Origin: a virus
Taxonomy: Duplodnaviria > Caudoviricetes
Virus record (IMG/VR): IMGVR_UViG_3300031520_000005
Location: 1 to 47,341 of that record
DNA: 47,341 nt
Reading direction: 5' to 3' (one strand)
In this document: piece after piece, positions 36,223 through 44,697 of the stretch
How the letters are laid out: each line of letters starts with the position of its first letter
Numbering within the stretch: the stretch's first letter is position 1
Position numbers and translations under genes: made by a program
Notes under the pieces: generated by a model
Told to the model about the DNA's origin: nothing
What the model saw: the letters and a program-made list of their open reading frames with translations, nothing else
Database searches by the model: none

Positions 36223-37008
36223 TCACTCACAAGGGCCGGGATGGTAAAGCACTTGCAGCCTCTCGCCCACGCCGCGCGGCTGCCGGGTTTCAGCATCCAG
36301 CCAGGACGCACGCGGCGTACTTTGGGGGCTGTCATGGGGAGGTTTGTCATGGGGAGGTTTGTCATGGGGAGGTTTGCATGGGGCGAGCCTCCGGTACACA
36401 ATCACCCACACCCAAGGATTTTCAGCCCAGCCAAACCCGCGCTTTGCGTTGATCCTGTCCCACAGTTTGCCAAAGCAATACAAGGGCCAGTCCTCGCCGC
36501 CGTTCGTGTCAACGCCTTCGGCGAGTGCGTCGTGCTCAGTGATGTCCTGCACCCGTTCCACGCGCACGCTGACAATTTCCAGGGTCAGGCGTGATGCCCA
36601 GCGCGGCATGTGGATGGAGGGTTTCCATCGCGGCTGATAAATAGCACCATCCAGCGACGGCGACGGGCCTTCCCAGCCTGCGTCTGCCTCGCGCGTCGTG
36701 CCGTCCGGGTATTCAATCTCATAAAATCGCTCCAACCGCGCTGACGGTCGCCATCTCTCGCGCACCCAAAGCCTGTCGCCCGCCTGCCCATAGGGACACG
36801 GAATGCGCTTATAGCGCTCTGTGTCGTAGCCCTCAGGTTCGTCCGGTGCATGACGATAAGGATAGCCCTCAGAAATCAAGTCCGGCTGGGGCTTTATCAC
36901 GCGCCGGGTTTGGGTTTTGATGTCAGCTAGGGTTGCCCGTACCATGTCACCCTGCATCAGCAGGGGCCGCTCTTTGGCGTCTGTCATCTGCGCTTTAGTA
37001 TCTGTCAT
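36223..37008 (-). CDS. Conserved phage protein (ASCH/PUA-like, KTQTRR family)
   Basis: KTQTRRVIK...CPYG..GDRLWVRE...WKPSIHMPRWASRLTLEI...NPWVWVI. Confidence 0.8.
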   Translation of the reverse strand: MTDTKAQMTDAKERPLLMQGDMVRATLADIKTQTRRVIKPQPDLISEGYPYRHAPDEPEGYDTERYKRIPCPYGQAGDRLWVRERWRPSARLERFYEIEYPDGTTREADAGWEGPSPSLDGAIYQPRWKPSIHMPRWASRLTLEIVSVRVERVQDITEHDALAEGVDTNGGEDWPLYCFGKLWDRINAKRGFGWAENPWVWVIVYRRLAPCKPPHDKPPHDKPPHDSPQSTPRASWLDAETRQPRGVGERLQVLYHPGPCE

Positions 37009-37282
37009 AGTCACGCCTCAATCCCAAAGCCTGCCGGAATATGTCTTTAATCAAAGCCACCTCTGCCCTGTCCCGCCGCGTCTGTGCCATGCTGTCACCA
37101 CGCTCGCCCCTGAGCCTTGCGCCAAGGGGGACTAACTCGCCCGTGCCATAAGACGCCCCTACCCTGCCGTCTGGATACCAGTAGAGGGTTTGGTCACTGC
37201 GGGCGGGGTTGACAAGCTGCCAGTCCTTCGGGCCATGCTGAATGAGTGTCCAATGAGCATAGGGGTGAGTGGCCGCGAGCAC
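36995..37282 (-). CDS. Hypothetical protein
   Basis: GGAGG RBS before a GTG in track ORF 36995..37390. Confidence 0.45.
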   Translation of the reverse strand: MLAATHPYAHWTLIQHGPKDWQLVNPARSDQTLYWYPDGRVGASYGTGELVPLGARLRGERGDSMAQTRRDRAEVALIKDIFRQALGLRRDYDRY

Positions 37283-37286
37283 TTGT

Positions 37287-37553
37287 TTAACGTCCTCCCA
37301 CCAGCGTCGTCCACAAATAGCACCCAGCCCAGCCCGCCGCAAACGCCACGGCCAGGAACAACCCGCCCAGCCAGTTGGGGCCGGGGTCAAAGTCGCTGTC
37401 CAGGGCGTCGTTGTAAACTATCTCTGCCAAAGCGTCTGGCTCTGCGTCCTGGTACAGGCATCTGGCTGTGGCTGAGTGATAATCAGTTTCGTGCAGGTCA
37501 TAGGCGCGGTCGTCTAGTTGCTGGGCTAAATAGCGAGGAAGGGGATTGCTCAT
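37287..37553 (-). CDS. Small protein with a C-terminal TM helix
   Basis: Hydrophobic C-terminus; overlaps the upstream gene. Confidence 0.55.
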   Translation of the reverse strand: MSNPLPRYLAQQLDDRAYDLHETDYHSATARCLYQDAEPDALAEIVYNDALDSDFDPGPNWLGGLFLAVAFAAGWAGCYLWTTLVGGR

Positions 37554-37834
37554 CTATTGCCTCTCAGTCTGTGGATATGGACATGCAGGACGCCGACGCG
37601 CTTGTAGTTAGGGCAAAGCCGCCGCATCGCTAAAGGCGTCAAATCGCAGTTTGTGCGCCCTCGCGCCGTCCTGTCAGTGACGGTGACAATCACGCGCCTG
37701 CCGTTCGCCGCCACAATCCTTAACCGGCTATGGAGCGGATACACGCGCGAGGCGCAGGCCAGCGCGCATGGATTAAAGCGGTGCCCATTGGACATACGGC
37801 CTGCCGATTGGGTGTAAAAAGTTGCGAGACTCAT
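37550..37834 (-). CDS. RlpA-like double-psi beta-barrel (lytic transglycosylase/expansin-like) protein
   Basis: ATFY...MSNGHRFNP.ALACAS..YPL.SRLRI...NGRRVIVTVTDR...DLT..A. Confidence 0.75.
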   Translation of the reverse strand: MSLATFYTQSAGRMSNGHRFNPCALACASRVYPLHSRLRIVAANGRRVIVTVTDRTARGRTNCDLTPLAMRRLCPNYKRVGVLHVHIHRLRGNR

Positions 37835-38267
37835 TTCGGCCCCTCCGTTGTCCAGTGTATGTTGTGGGCGTAGGTCCCGCCCACGTCGCCGCTTTCGGAA
37901 ACGGGGGCTTCGCACGGGCATTAGCATCAACCTCCACTCCTGCTGCCTCTGCCTCGCCTGCCATTGCCTGCCGGACATACACGCCGATCGTGCGGCACAT
38001 GTCGGCAAACGGCAGGGCCACAGCCGCCTCGCCGGGTATCTCCAGCACAAGCAGGGCGTTAGCCAGCCTCGGATCGCGCGTGTTGATAATTTCTGCCGTG
38101 TTGATAATTTCTGCCGTGTTGATAATTTCTGCCGTGTTGATAATTTCTGCCGTGTTGATAATTTCTGCCGTGTTGATAATTTCTGCCGTGTTGATAATTT
38201 CTGCCGTGCCGGTATGGAGCATCCGTTTATCCGTGTCGCTCACATTTTGTTTGTTTACATGGCTCAT
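37773..38267 (-). CDS. Hypothetical protein with seven TAEIIN repeats
   Basis: ATG 38267; internal 18-bp tandem array. Confidence 0.55.
   Translation of the reverse strand: MSHVNKQNVSDTDKRMLHTGTAEIINTAEIINTAEIINTAEIINTAEIINTAEIINTAEIINTRDPRLANALLVLEIPGEAAVALPFADMCRTIGVYVRQAMAGEAEAAGVEVDANARAKPPFPKAATWAGPTPTTYTGQRRGRNESRNFLHPIGRPYVQWAPL
38080..38208. repeat. Tandem repeat, 7 x 18 bp (GTGTTGATAATTTCTGCC)
   Basis: Exact copies, in frame. Confidence 0.95.
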
Positions 38268-38899
38268 GTTGCCACTTTGCCCCCTTCGCGAAAGGCCCCA
38301 CCCGCCTGTACTGCGCGCCCCCGTGCGGTTTTCTGCCCAACTAGCCGCGCGGCGAGCAGACGGAGCGCGGCATTCGCCGTCGGCGGACAAAAGAGGCACC
38401 AGTGCCCGGCCACTTGTTTGTAGGTGGCAACGCAGTGTTCCCCGCGCGCCAGCAGCCTCCGGGGGGCGTCCTCGGCAGTGAGGGCTATCGCGCACCAACG
38501 CTCTCCGCTTGGCCCTTCCTGCCGCACAAGCAAAAACCCCCTTCCAAACACGCTTTTGCCCAGGGCAATGGCGGCATGCCGGGAGTAGAGGCTGCGCCTC
38601 GCCGCACGGTTTTGCTCCGCATGAGCTGCATACTGCGCTCGGTGCAATGCGTGCGCTTTGTCCGGGTTGCGCCTGCGCCAAGCCTCGCGTGCCGCCCGGC
38701 ACCGCTCCGGGTGCTTGCTGGCATATCGCCTCTTGACCTCTGCCCGGTTTGCAGCTTGCCCCGCCTCTCGGCAGGTATCGCCGCAGTACCAGGAACCCCG
38801 GTGAGAGGCTGCAAACATCTCTTTGCACAGACGGCACACACGAATAAAGCCCTCATCGCCTCTGCCTGTTTGCCTTGCCGTTTGTGGGGTCGTTTGCAT
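38264..38899 (-). CDS. Zinc-finger, Arg-rich hypothetical protein
   Basis: CRLC...YCGDTC followed by a basic helical region. Confidence 0.55.
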   Translation of the reverse strand: MQTTPQTARQTGRGDEGFIRVCRLCKEMFAASHRGSWYCGDTCREAGQAANRAEVKRRYASKHPERCRAAREAWRRRNPDKAHALHRAQYAAHAEQNRAARRSLYSRHAAIALGKSVFGRGFLLVRQEGPSGERWCAIALTAEDAPRRLLARGEHCVATYKQVAGHWCLFCPPTANAALRLLAARLVGQKTARGRAVQAGGAFREGGKVAT

Positions 38900-39435
38900 C
38901 ACGCTGCCCCCGTTTCGCCGCACCCGCAGGCGCGCAGGCTTTGGTATCCACCCGCCCCGCAAAACATCCACGCCGTCCACGCCGGCCCGCCGCACAACGG
39001 GCAGCCTGCCCCCGGCCCGCTTGCCCAACGTAGTTCAGCCGAGGCCGTGCCCGCAGGGAGGGCTGCCTTTGCTGCGTCAATCGCTTGCATCAGGCCGGGG
39101 AGCAGGGCGGCAAGGTTCCGGGCATGGCGGCAGTCTGGAGCCAATGTCGCCCGCCCAAACGCGCCTTTGTAGCAGCCGCAATCCTGCACGCAGTACCCGC
39201 CAGGGTCGTTGCACGTCCCCCAAATGAGGTTGTATGTGCTGCAGCTTGTGCCGCTCGTCACCGTGGCCGTCCCGTCGGGCCGCACGGTGTAAAAGTCCGG
39301 CCCTGCTTTGGGTTTTATTAGTTTGGGTTTTGCTTCTTTGGGCACGGCGAGGGTTTGGGGCATGATGGTTTGGGTTGTCACTGTTTTATTCCTGTCGCTT
39401 TGGCAATGACAGCCGCCCTGAAAGGTGTTGCTCAT
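38899..39435 (-). CDS. SWIM zinc-finger protein
   Basis: CGC...CRH SWIM motif plus a C-terminal CPLC/CGC. Confidence 0.6.
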   Translation of the reverse strand: MSNTFQGGCHCQSDRNKTVTTQTIMPQTLAVPKEAKPKLIKPKAGPDFYTVRPDGTATVTSGTSCSTYNLIWGTCNDPGGYCVQDCGCYKGAFGRATLAPDCRHARNLAALLPGLMQAIDAAKAALPAGTASAELRWASGPGAGCPLCGGPAWTAWMFCGAGGYQSLRACGCGETGAA

Positions 39436-39436
39436 G

Positions 39437-40066
39437 TTAATTCTTGCCCTTCTGCGTTTTGTCGGCAAGCAACTCAAGCAGTTTTTCACTCGCCGCCGCA
39501 CTCGCCGCATCCCTCGCCGCCGCACTCGCCGCATCCCACGCCGCATCCCTCGCCGCATCCCACGCCGCAGCACTCGCCGCCGCCCACGCCGCAGCAGAAA
39601 CGGCTTCGCCGTTAATCGCCTGCAAATGCAGGCTGGCAACGCCCTCAATAGCCTTGCGTTGCTGCTCATCAATGTCCCCCTGAACAAACCGAATCACACC
39701 CCCGGCAGGGTCAACCAACAGCCAATGCAAAAACTGATGGTAAACAATGGTGAGGTCTGTGCCCACAGGCAAAGCCTCTATGAATCTTGCCGGAAACATT
39801 TTTGCACTGGCTTCCGGCAGCGCCTCAAACAAGCTATCAATGAGATAAGCCAGCCATAAAGGAATGCCAATTTGCCGAGATAGCGCCTCATGGCTGTTAG
39901 TACCGGAATGCGCAAGACAGCCGATGGCGCACCCTTTCCAGCCAGTCGCCCCGACCGCCTTGCCATAAGTCCCTTTTATAAAATCGTCATCCTCCCGGTG
40001 CTTTTTTGCCCGTGCGAGATAAGTTTTCTTGAGCTGAGCGTCGCCGTAAAATGTCAGTGTTTCCAT
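39437..40066 (-). CDS. Conserved phage hypothetical protein with AASAAAW/DAA repeats
   Basis: KGCAIGC motif; 12-bp-unit low-complexity repeats. Confidence 0.7.
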   Translation of the reverse strand: METLTFYGDAQLKKTYLARAKKHREDDDFIKGTYGKAVGATGWKGCAIGCLAHSGTNSHEALSRQIGIPLWLAYLIDSLFEALPEASAKMFPARFIEALPVGTDLTIVYHQFLHWLLVDPAGGVIRFVQGDIDEQQRKAIEGVASLHLQAINGEAVSAAAWAAASAAAWDAARDAAWDAASAAARDAASAAASEKLLELLADKTQKGKN

Positions 40067-40067
40067 G

Positions 40068-40487
40068 CTAGTTTGCCTCCGCGTTCGTGTCGCAAACGCA
40101 CTGGACTCGTCCGCAATCGTAGCAGGCGTCCATGCGCGTCATGCGTGCGTGGTACATCTGCGCCGCCTCGCGGTAATCCCACTCGCCATGCTCAGCGGCG
40201 GGCGCGGTGTCTATGAGCCAGCACTGGCGCCCGTGCGCCGTGGTTTCGTGCTTGACAATCGCCACCGTCTGCCCGCCGATGTCATCAGTCCCGTTTTTGT
40301 CAAAGCGGTACGACGTGCGCGGCCCCCACTCGTCGCGGGTCAGGCGGATCGCAGTCACGGTGTGCGTGTCCAATATCTCCCGTGCGTTATCCTGGGCGCC
40401 ATGCACTGACTGCACGGCGCTCTGCGTGTCGGTGTCCAGTAAGGTTTTTGAGGTGAGCATGGTTCGGGTTGGCATCATGGCGGGCAT
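40068..40487 (-). CDS. Hypothetical early protein
   Basis: AGGGAG RBS; promoter-like GTGCGA-N17-TATATT upstream. Confidence 0.6.
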   Translation of the reverse strand: MPAMMPTRTMLTSKTLLDTDTQSAVQSVHGAQDNAREILDTHTVTAIRLTRDEWGPRTSYRFDKNGTDDIGGQTVAIVKHETTAHGRQCWLIDTAPAAEHGEWDYREAAQMYHARMTRMDACYDCGRVQCVCDTNAEAN

Positions 40488-40526
40488 TTGTCTGTCTCCC
40501 TGTGCGGTTCGTTTGGCTACAGGGTT

Positions 40527-40897
40527 AATATACCACAATTTACGATATATCGCACAACGATAACAAAATACTCAAAAAAATAATTCGGCTTTTTTCAGGC
40601 TGCAATTGGCTACTGGTTAACACATTTTGTCAGGGTATCTATGTCAACGCCCAATGCGGTTGCGATGCGCAGAGCTTTGCTCAGAGTCGGCTCAAAGCCG
40701 CGCCCCTCTAAATCGTACCAGTACGAGGGGGAAATGGCCGCTTTGCGCGCCGCTTCCTGAACGGAAAGCCCTGCCTCAAGCCGCAGATATTTGAGGTGTG
40801 TTCCAAAGTTCATCTTGCCATGATAGCACATTTCACGGTATTTCGCAAATAGCACCCTTTTCGTTCGTTACGATATGTCGCAACTTTTGGGTACATT
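40527..40897. promoter_or_regulatory. Immunity-region promoters and three operator-like sites
   Basis: TTACGATATATCGCA (40540), TCACGGTATTTCGCA (40833) and TTACGATATGTCGCA (40868). The first two overlap the -35 boxes of minus-strand promoters GTGCGA-N17-TATATT and TTGCGA-N17-TATCAT; the third overlaps a plus-strand TTACGA-N18-TACATT. Confidence 0.7.
40610..40813 (-). CDS. Cro-like XRE-family HTH regulator (leaderless)
   Basis: MNFGTHLKYLRLEAGLSVQEAARKAAIS...EPTLSKALRIATALGV; divergent from the repressor. Confidence 0.9.
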   Translation of the reverse strand: MNFGTHLKYLRLEAGLSVQEAARKAAISPSYWYDLEGRGFEPTLSKALRIATALGVDIDTLTKCVNQ

Positions 40898-40927
40898 CGG
40901 TGTCAACAGTAATTGGGGACGAAATAT

Positions 40928-41845
40928 ATGGTGACAGCTTTGGTAGACACGCCTGAAATAGAGCCGCTGGACTTCGGGGGCTGGGTCAAAAAACGAATGG
41001 AGCAGGCGGGTGTTACTGCCGCGCAATTGTCTACTGAGACAGGCATTTTGTATCCTAACGTATTGCGCCTGCTCAACAGCGGCAAGAACGGAAAACCCAT
41101 TCGTCCCGACCACGAAACTATTGAGCGTATCGCCACTACACTGGTTAGGTTAGATGTTATACAGGACAGGCGCGATGCTTTTGTGGCGGCAGGCTACGTC
41201 CCAAAGGGCTACAAAGTTGTCCGCGAGCAGTCTCAATCCCAGCGCCAATCGAATATGGTGCACGAGCATCCGATCTATAACTATTTGGACGGTCAGACCC
41301 CGCCCCACATGGACACAGCACTACGCATTTTGGAGGCGGCGCTACCCAACAACAACGCAGAAAACGCCATCCAGCAGCAAACAACCAGCAGCCCGCCCAC
41401 GCAAGCCGCCGACAGCCCGTCCCCGGTGACACAGCGAGAAATTATGGTGACACAGCGAGAAATGCGGATGCGCGCCACCCGACTCACCAGCGAGGTGCGC
41501 GCCCGCGATTTGCGTGTCGCCCTCGCCGAAGCCGTCATTTGGACACTGGACATGGAGGGCCGCTTTCTGCTGTCCGAGGGGGAGGGCTTGAAGCAAGCGG
41601 ACATTTCTCCCGGCGAGGCGGTCGGCCTGCGCATTTGGGATGTGTACAAAGGCGAGACGGACTTCCTCGAAAAAGTTCGCATGGTGCTGGCAAGCGACGG
41701 CCCCCTGGAATGGACAACTACCGTGCGCGGGACAGCCTGGCGGTGCATGACGGAGCCGCTCAGGAATGCCAATGGTGTGAAAGTGGGGATTGTCGGCACG
41801 TCACTTGCTGTGCCGACGATTTCAGAAGGCCAAAAACAAGCATAG
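40928..41845 (+). CDS. CI-position repressor: N-terminal XRE HTH fused to a C-terminal PAS domain
   Basis: FGGWVKKRMEQAGVTAAQLSTETGI...RPDHETIERIA; C-terminus VIWTLDMEGRFLLSEG...VGLRIWDVY...PLRNANG..VGIVGT. Confidence 0.8.
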   Translation: MVTALVDTPEIEPLDFGGWVKKRMEQAGVTAAQLSTETGILYPNVLRLLNSGKNGKPIRPDHETIERIATTLVRLDVIQDRRDAFVAAGYVPKGYKVVREQSQSQRQSNMVHEHPIYNYLDGQTPPHMDTALRILEAALPNNNAENAIQQQTTSSPPTQAADSPSPVTQREIMVTQREMRMRATRLTSEVRARDLRVALAEAVIWTLDMEGRFLLSEGEGLKQADISPGEAVGLRIWDVYKGETDFLEKVRMVLASDGPLEWTTTVRGTAWRCMTEPLRNANGVKVGIVGTSLAVPTISEGQKQA

Positions 41846-41886
41846 AACCGACACGACCTCGCGCGCATGGTAGAGAGGATATCGGC

Positions 41887-42741
41887 ATGAGACAAGCAAT
41901 AGTGTTATTGGCGGCAGGATTAATGCTTGCGGTGGCGGCAACAGATGCACCGCCAAAAGCAAAAACAGCCTTCCACGCTAAACCATCAGTCAAAAAACCT
42001 GTCACCGCGCCTACCAAGGCCCCTTCTGTTACGCCGGGCCTTTCTATTGCAGACACCAAAACGTTCTTTTTAGACTTTATCAGCAAGAGCAAACCCCCAG
42101 AAAAGAGCGAGTTTGAGACCGATACAGATTATCAAAAACGGCTGCCGCCAGCGTTTGACACCAAAAAGGTCATTTATTTTATCGCCGAAATGCAGCCGGA
42201 AACAGACAAAAACTATAAGTACGACATTGCCACCAAAACATTGAGCGTTTTGGGAGGATGGCAACAGTATAGCGATGACCGCAAGTCTATTCCGTCAGGG
42301 GCCACAAGTATTGCCATCCGGCAGGATTATAAAGATTTAGGAAGCTATAACGGCACAACAGCGGGCGGCGCTAATGTGTCAGTGAGTAAGGCTTCTTTTC
42401 TCACATTCGTTTTGGACTTTCGTAATCAATCCGCGTGGCCTGTAGCCGTCTGGAACGCCTTAGACGCAAAGACCAGCAACAAGCACTTGTCCGTTTCTGT
42501 GCCAATGGAACCCCTAGAGGCCGAGGCATTAAGTAAGCATATTGAGTTGGTGATTGGAGTGACATTGGCAGGTTACAGCAACACTGACAGCGAGATTACT
42601 TTTCGCACAACACCTACTTTTGATGATCCAAGTGATCTTGTGTCAACCACTGTTTCGGCAGAGGCAAACCTTGTCAGTTTAACAGTTCTTGATACCGCAA
42701 GCAAAAAAATAATCACCCAAGTTTTTGTGAAAGGTTTGTAA
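41887..42741 (+). CDS. Secreted/periplasmic hypothetical protein (possible lysogenic conversion or exclusion)
   Basis: GAGAGGA RBS; MRQAIVLLAAGLMLAVAA signal peptide; KSEFETDTDY..RL motif. Confidence 0.75.
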   Translation: MRQAIVLLAAGLMLAVAATDAPPKAKTAFHAKPSVKKPVTAPTKAPSVTPGLSIADTKTFFLDFISKSKPPEKSEFETDTDYQKRLPPAFDTKKVIYFIAEMQPETDKNYKYDIATKTLSVLGGWQQYSDDRKSIPSGATSIAIRQDYKDLGSYNGTTAGGANVSVSKASFLTFVLDFRNQSAWPVAVWNALDAKTSNKHLSVSVPMEPLEAEALSKHIELVIGVTLAGYSNTDSEITFRTTPTFDDPSDLVSTTVSAEANLVSLTVLDTASKKIITQVFVKGL

Positions 42742-43157
42742 TGCCGGAAAAGCCGTGGGCGGACGCAAAGCGCGATTTTGAGAGCCGGGAAGACGCGGAC
42801 TATCACTTTTACGAAGGCAGCCTCAGCCCCGAAGAAACTCGAACGGCGCGGGCCGAAGCCAAAGCGGATCACCCGGAACTTGATGAGGTCTTAGAGGATT
42901 TGCTGGCAACTTATGATTACCTGCTGATTGTCCATCGCCTTACCAACCTGATGCGCGATACGCCGCATGGGAAAGCATTTTTGGCGAAGCAGGCTCAGAT
43001 TGCCAGCATTGCCGAGCGCGAACAAAAAGAGAGGGAGATGCAGCGCCAAATGGAAGTTAGGCGACGCGAAGCAGAAGTTAGGCGACGCGAAGCAGAAGTT
43101 AGGCGACGCGAAGCAGAAGCCAGGCTAGGCGGCACGCCCAAAGGCAACCGCCGCTAA
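42741..43157 (+). CDS. Hypothetical protein with EVRRREA x3
   Basis: Coupled to the upstream stop; 21-bp repeats at about 43052-43118. Confidence 0.6.
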   Translation: MPEKPWADAKRDFESREDADYHFYEGSLSPEETRTARAEAKADHPELDEVLEDLLATYDYLLIVHRLTNLMRDTPHGKAFLAKQAQIASIAEREQKEREMQRQMEVRRREAEVRRREAEVRRREAEARLGGTPKGNRR

Positions 43158-43176
43158 CCGTGCAGCAGCGACTCGC

Positions 43177-43395
43177 CTACAGAGGCAGCAACTCGCTGGC
43201 AGAGTACCAGTCATCACACTGGATGGCTGTGATGAGTTTGTCAAGCGCCGGGTTATCCGTGCGCATCCTCTCGGCTAAAAACGTGTTGATTTGCACTGAG
43301 GCAAGTAATCCTGCGTAACCGGCCAGGTCTTTTATGAGTTCTTGCGCGGCAGGGCGTACAAGATTGCTCGGTGCTGCTAAGTTGGTTGCATCCAT
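43177..43395 (-). CDS. Small hypothetical protein (leaderless)
   Basis: Perfect TATAAT (43408-43403, minus strand) 7 nt upstream of the ATG. Confidence 0.6.
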   Translation of the reverse strand: MDATNLAAPSNLVRPAAQELIKDLAGYAGLLASVQINTFLAERMRTDNPALDKLITAIQCDDWYSASELLPL

Positions 43396-43784
43396 AACCG
43401 GAATTATACCTTATGAAGCCGTTGCCCGCTCTCCTGCTTGCCCTGGCCCTCGCCGCCTACGCCCTAGCCTTTCGCCCGGCCCCACCCCTTGTCATTCGCG
43501 GCCCGCGACGTGCGCCTCCGCCCCCACATTCTGCGCGAAATACCCCCTGCCGCCGAACTGCTTGCCGTAAAGGGGTTATTGCACGTCTAAACGCGGCGTG
43601 CATTGGCGTGTCTAGACGTGTATTGGACGTGCAATTAATAAGCACGAGGCAGAACAGCCGTTTGTTCTCGGTCTTTTGGCGTGTCCATCGCAGCCAGAGT
43701 CTACAGTAGACACCTGGTAAGAGTGGTAGACAGGGCGCAGGTCGGGCGAACGGGGCGGGCTTGGGCCATCTCACGCGGTGTTTG

Positions 43785-43812
43785 GTGGTTAATAATCCTG
43801 ATTATGTCAACT
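43785..43812 (+). other. dif-like XerC/XerD recombination site
   Basis: GTGGTTAATAA-TCCTGA-TTATGTCAACT in 11-6-11 layout; right arm matches the E. coli XerD arm TTATGTTAAAT at 9/11; intergenic. Confidence 0.75.
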
Positions 43813-43876
43813 GCGCGGCAGGGGTAGACGCCTGGCACGCCCGTCAAACCTATTGTCCAATTGCCGAAAAACTACA

Positions 43877-44467
43877 ATGACAGATATTGCCCCGCCCCCA
43901 ACAGATATTGCTCCATTGCAACAATCTCGCAATGCTGAGCAGCCCCCCGCTGATTTACTGACGCTCAAGGAAATCAGCGAGCGGCTGGGCGTGGCCTACG
44001 GACGCCTGCGCGGGTTTGCCGAAACGCCCGGCGTGGCGGAATACGTCGGAGCCGTCAAGGTGGCCGGGGTCAAAGGCGTACGTTACCCTGCCGAGGCTGA
44101 GGGGCAGTTTGCCCGGCTTGTCCAGGCCCAAGACGCAGGCATTGTGACGCCCAAAACAGCCCGTGCGTTCCTCGCCAGTGCCAGTGTTGCGCCATTACAG
44201 CAATTGAGCAATGACGGAGACGGCAGAGTTATTGTCCCATTGCAACAATCTCGCGAAGGGACGGCGGTGGCGGCTATGGAGCGATTGTCGGATATGTTGT
44301 CCTCGCGCCTGCCTGCCCCCGCCGACCGCCTTGTCGGACGCGAGGAAGCCGCGCAGCTTCTGGCCTGCAAGCCCGGCTCAGTGGGGCGGTATATACGTCC
44401 GGTGAGGCGTGGGGCATGGCGGCATTCGGACATCCAAAGGTACATTGCGGCATTGTTGAAACGATGA
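43877..44467 (+). CDS. Protein with two MerR/excisionase-like HTH domains (candidate plasmid maintenance regulator)
   Basis: LLTLKEISERLGVAYGRL...RYP and RLVGREEAAQLLACKPGSV; contains the protospacer 44309-44344. Confidence 0.75.
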   Translation: MTDIAPPPTDIAPLQQSRNAEQPPADLLTLKEISERLGVAYGRLRGFAETPGVAEYVGAVKVAGVKGVRYPAEAEGQFARLVQAQDAGIVTPKTARAFLASASVAPLQQLSNDGDGRVIVPLQQSREGTAVAAMERLSDMLSSRLPAPADRLVGREEAAQLLACKPGSVGRYIRPVRRGAWRHSDIQRYIAALLKR

Positions 44468-44497
44468 AATGAGACGCAACGCGGGATTGCAGCATTG

Positions 44498-44526
44498 TTG
44501 ACTTTGCGCAATGGATGTTGTATACT
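44498..44526 (+). promoter_or_regulatory. Strong sigma70-type promoter of the second replicon operon
   Basis: TTGACT-N17-TATACT. Confidence 0.8.
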
Positions 44527-44697
44527 AAATTATATCTCCGCACGAGTTGCTCACGAGGCCGGGACTGAGAGCAACAATGTCCTGGCAAGCACTCACAAGC
44601 CAAATAAACCACACACGAAAACCCCGCCGTCGCTGGACACGACGAACGGGGCCTCTGCTCAAATTGAGCAACAATGCGCATAGGAGGCGCACTGCCG

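Noticed and set aside
38080-38208. 7 x 18-bp repeat as a CRISPR array or DGR element
   Set aside because: No spacers, it is an in-frame coding repeat, and no reverse transcriptase is seen.
43413-43709. ORF with a signal-peptide-like start
   Set aside because: Its 3' half is low-complexity and runs through the repeat region; too uncertain to call.
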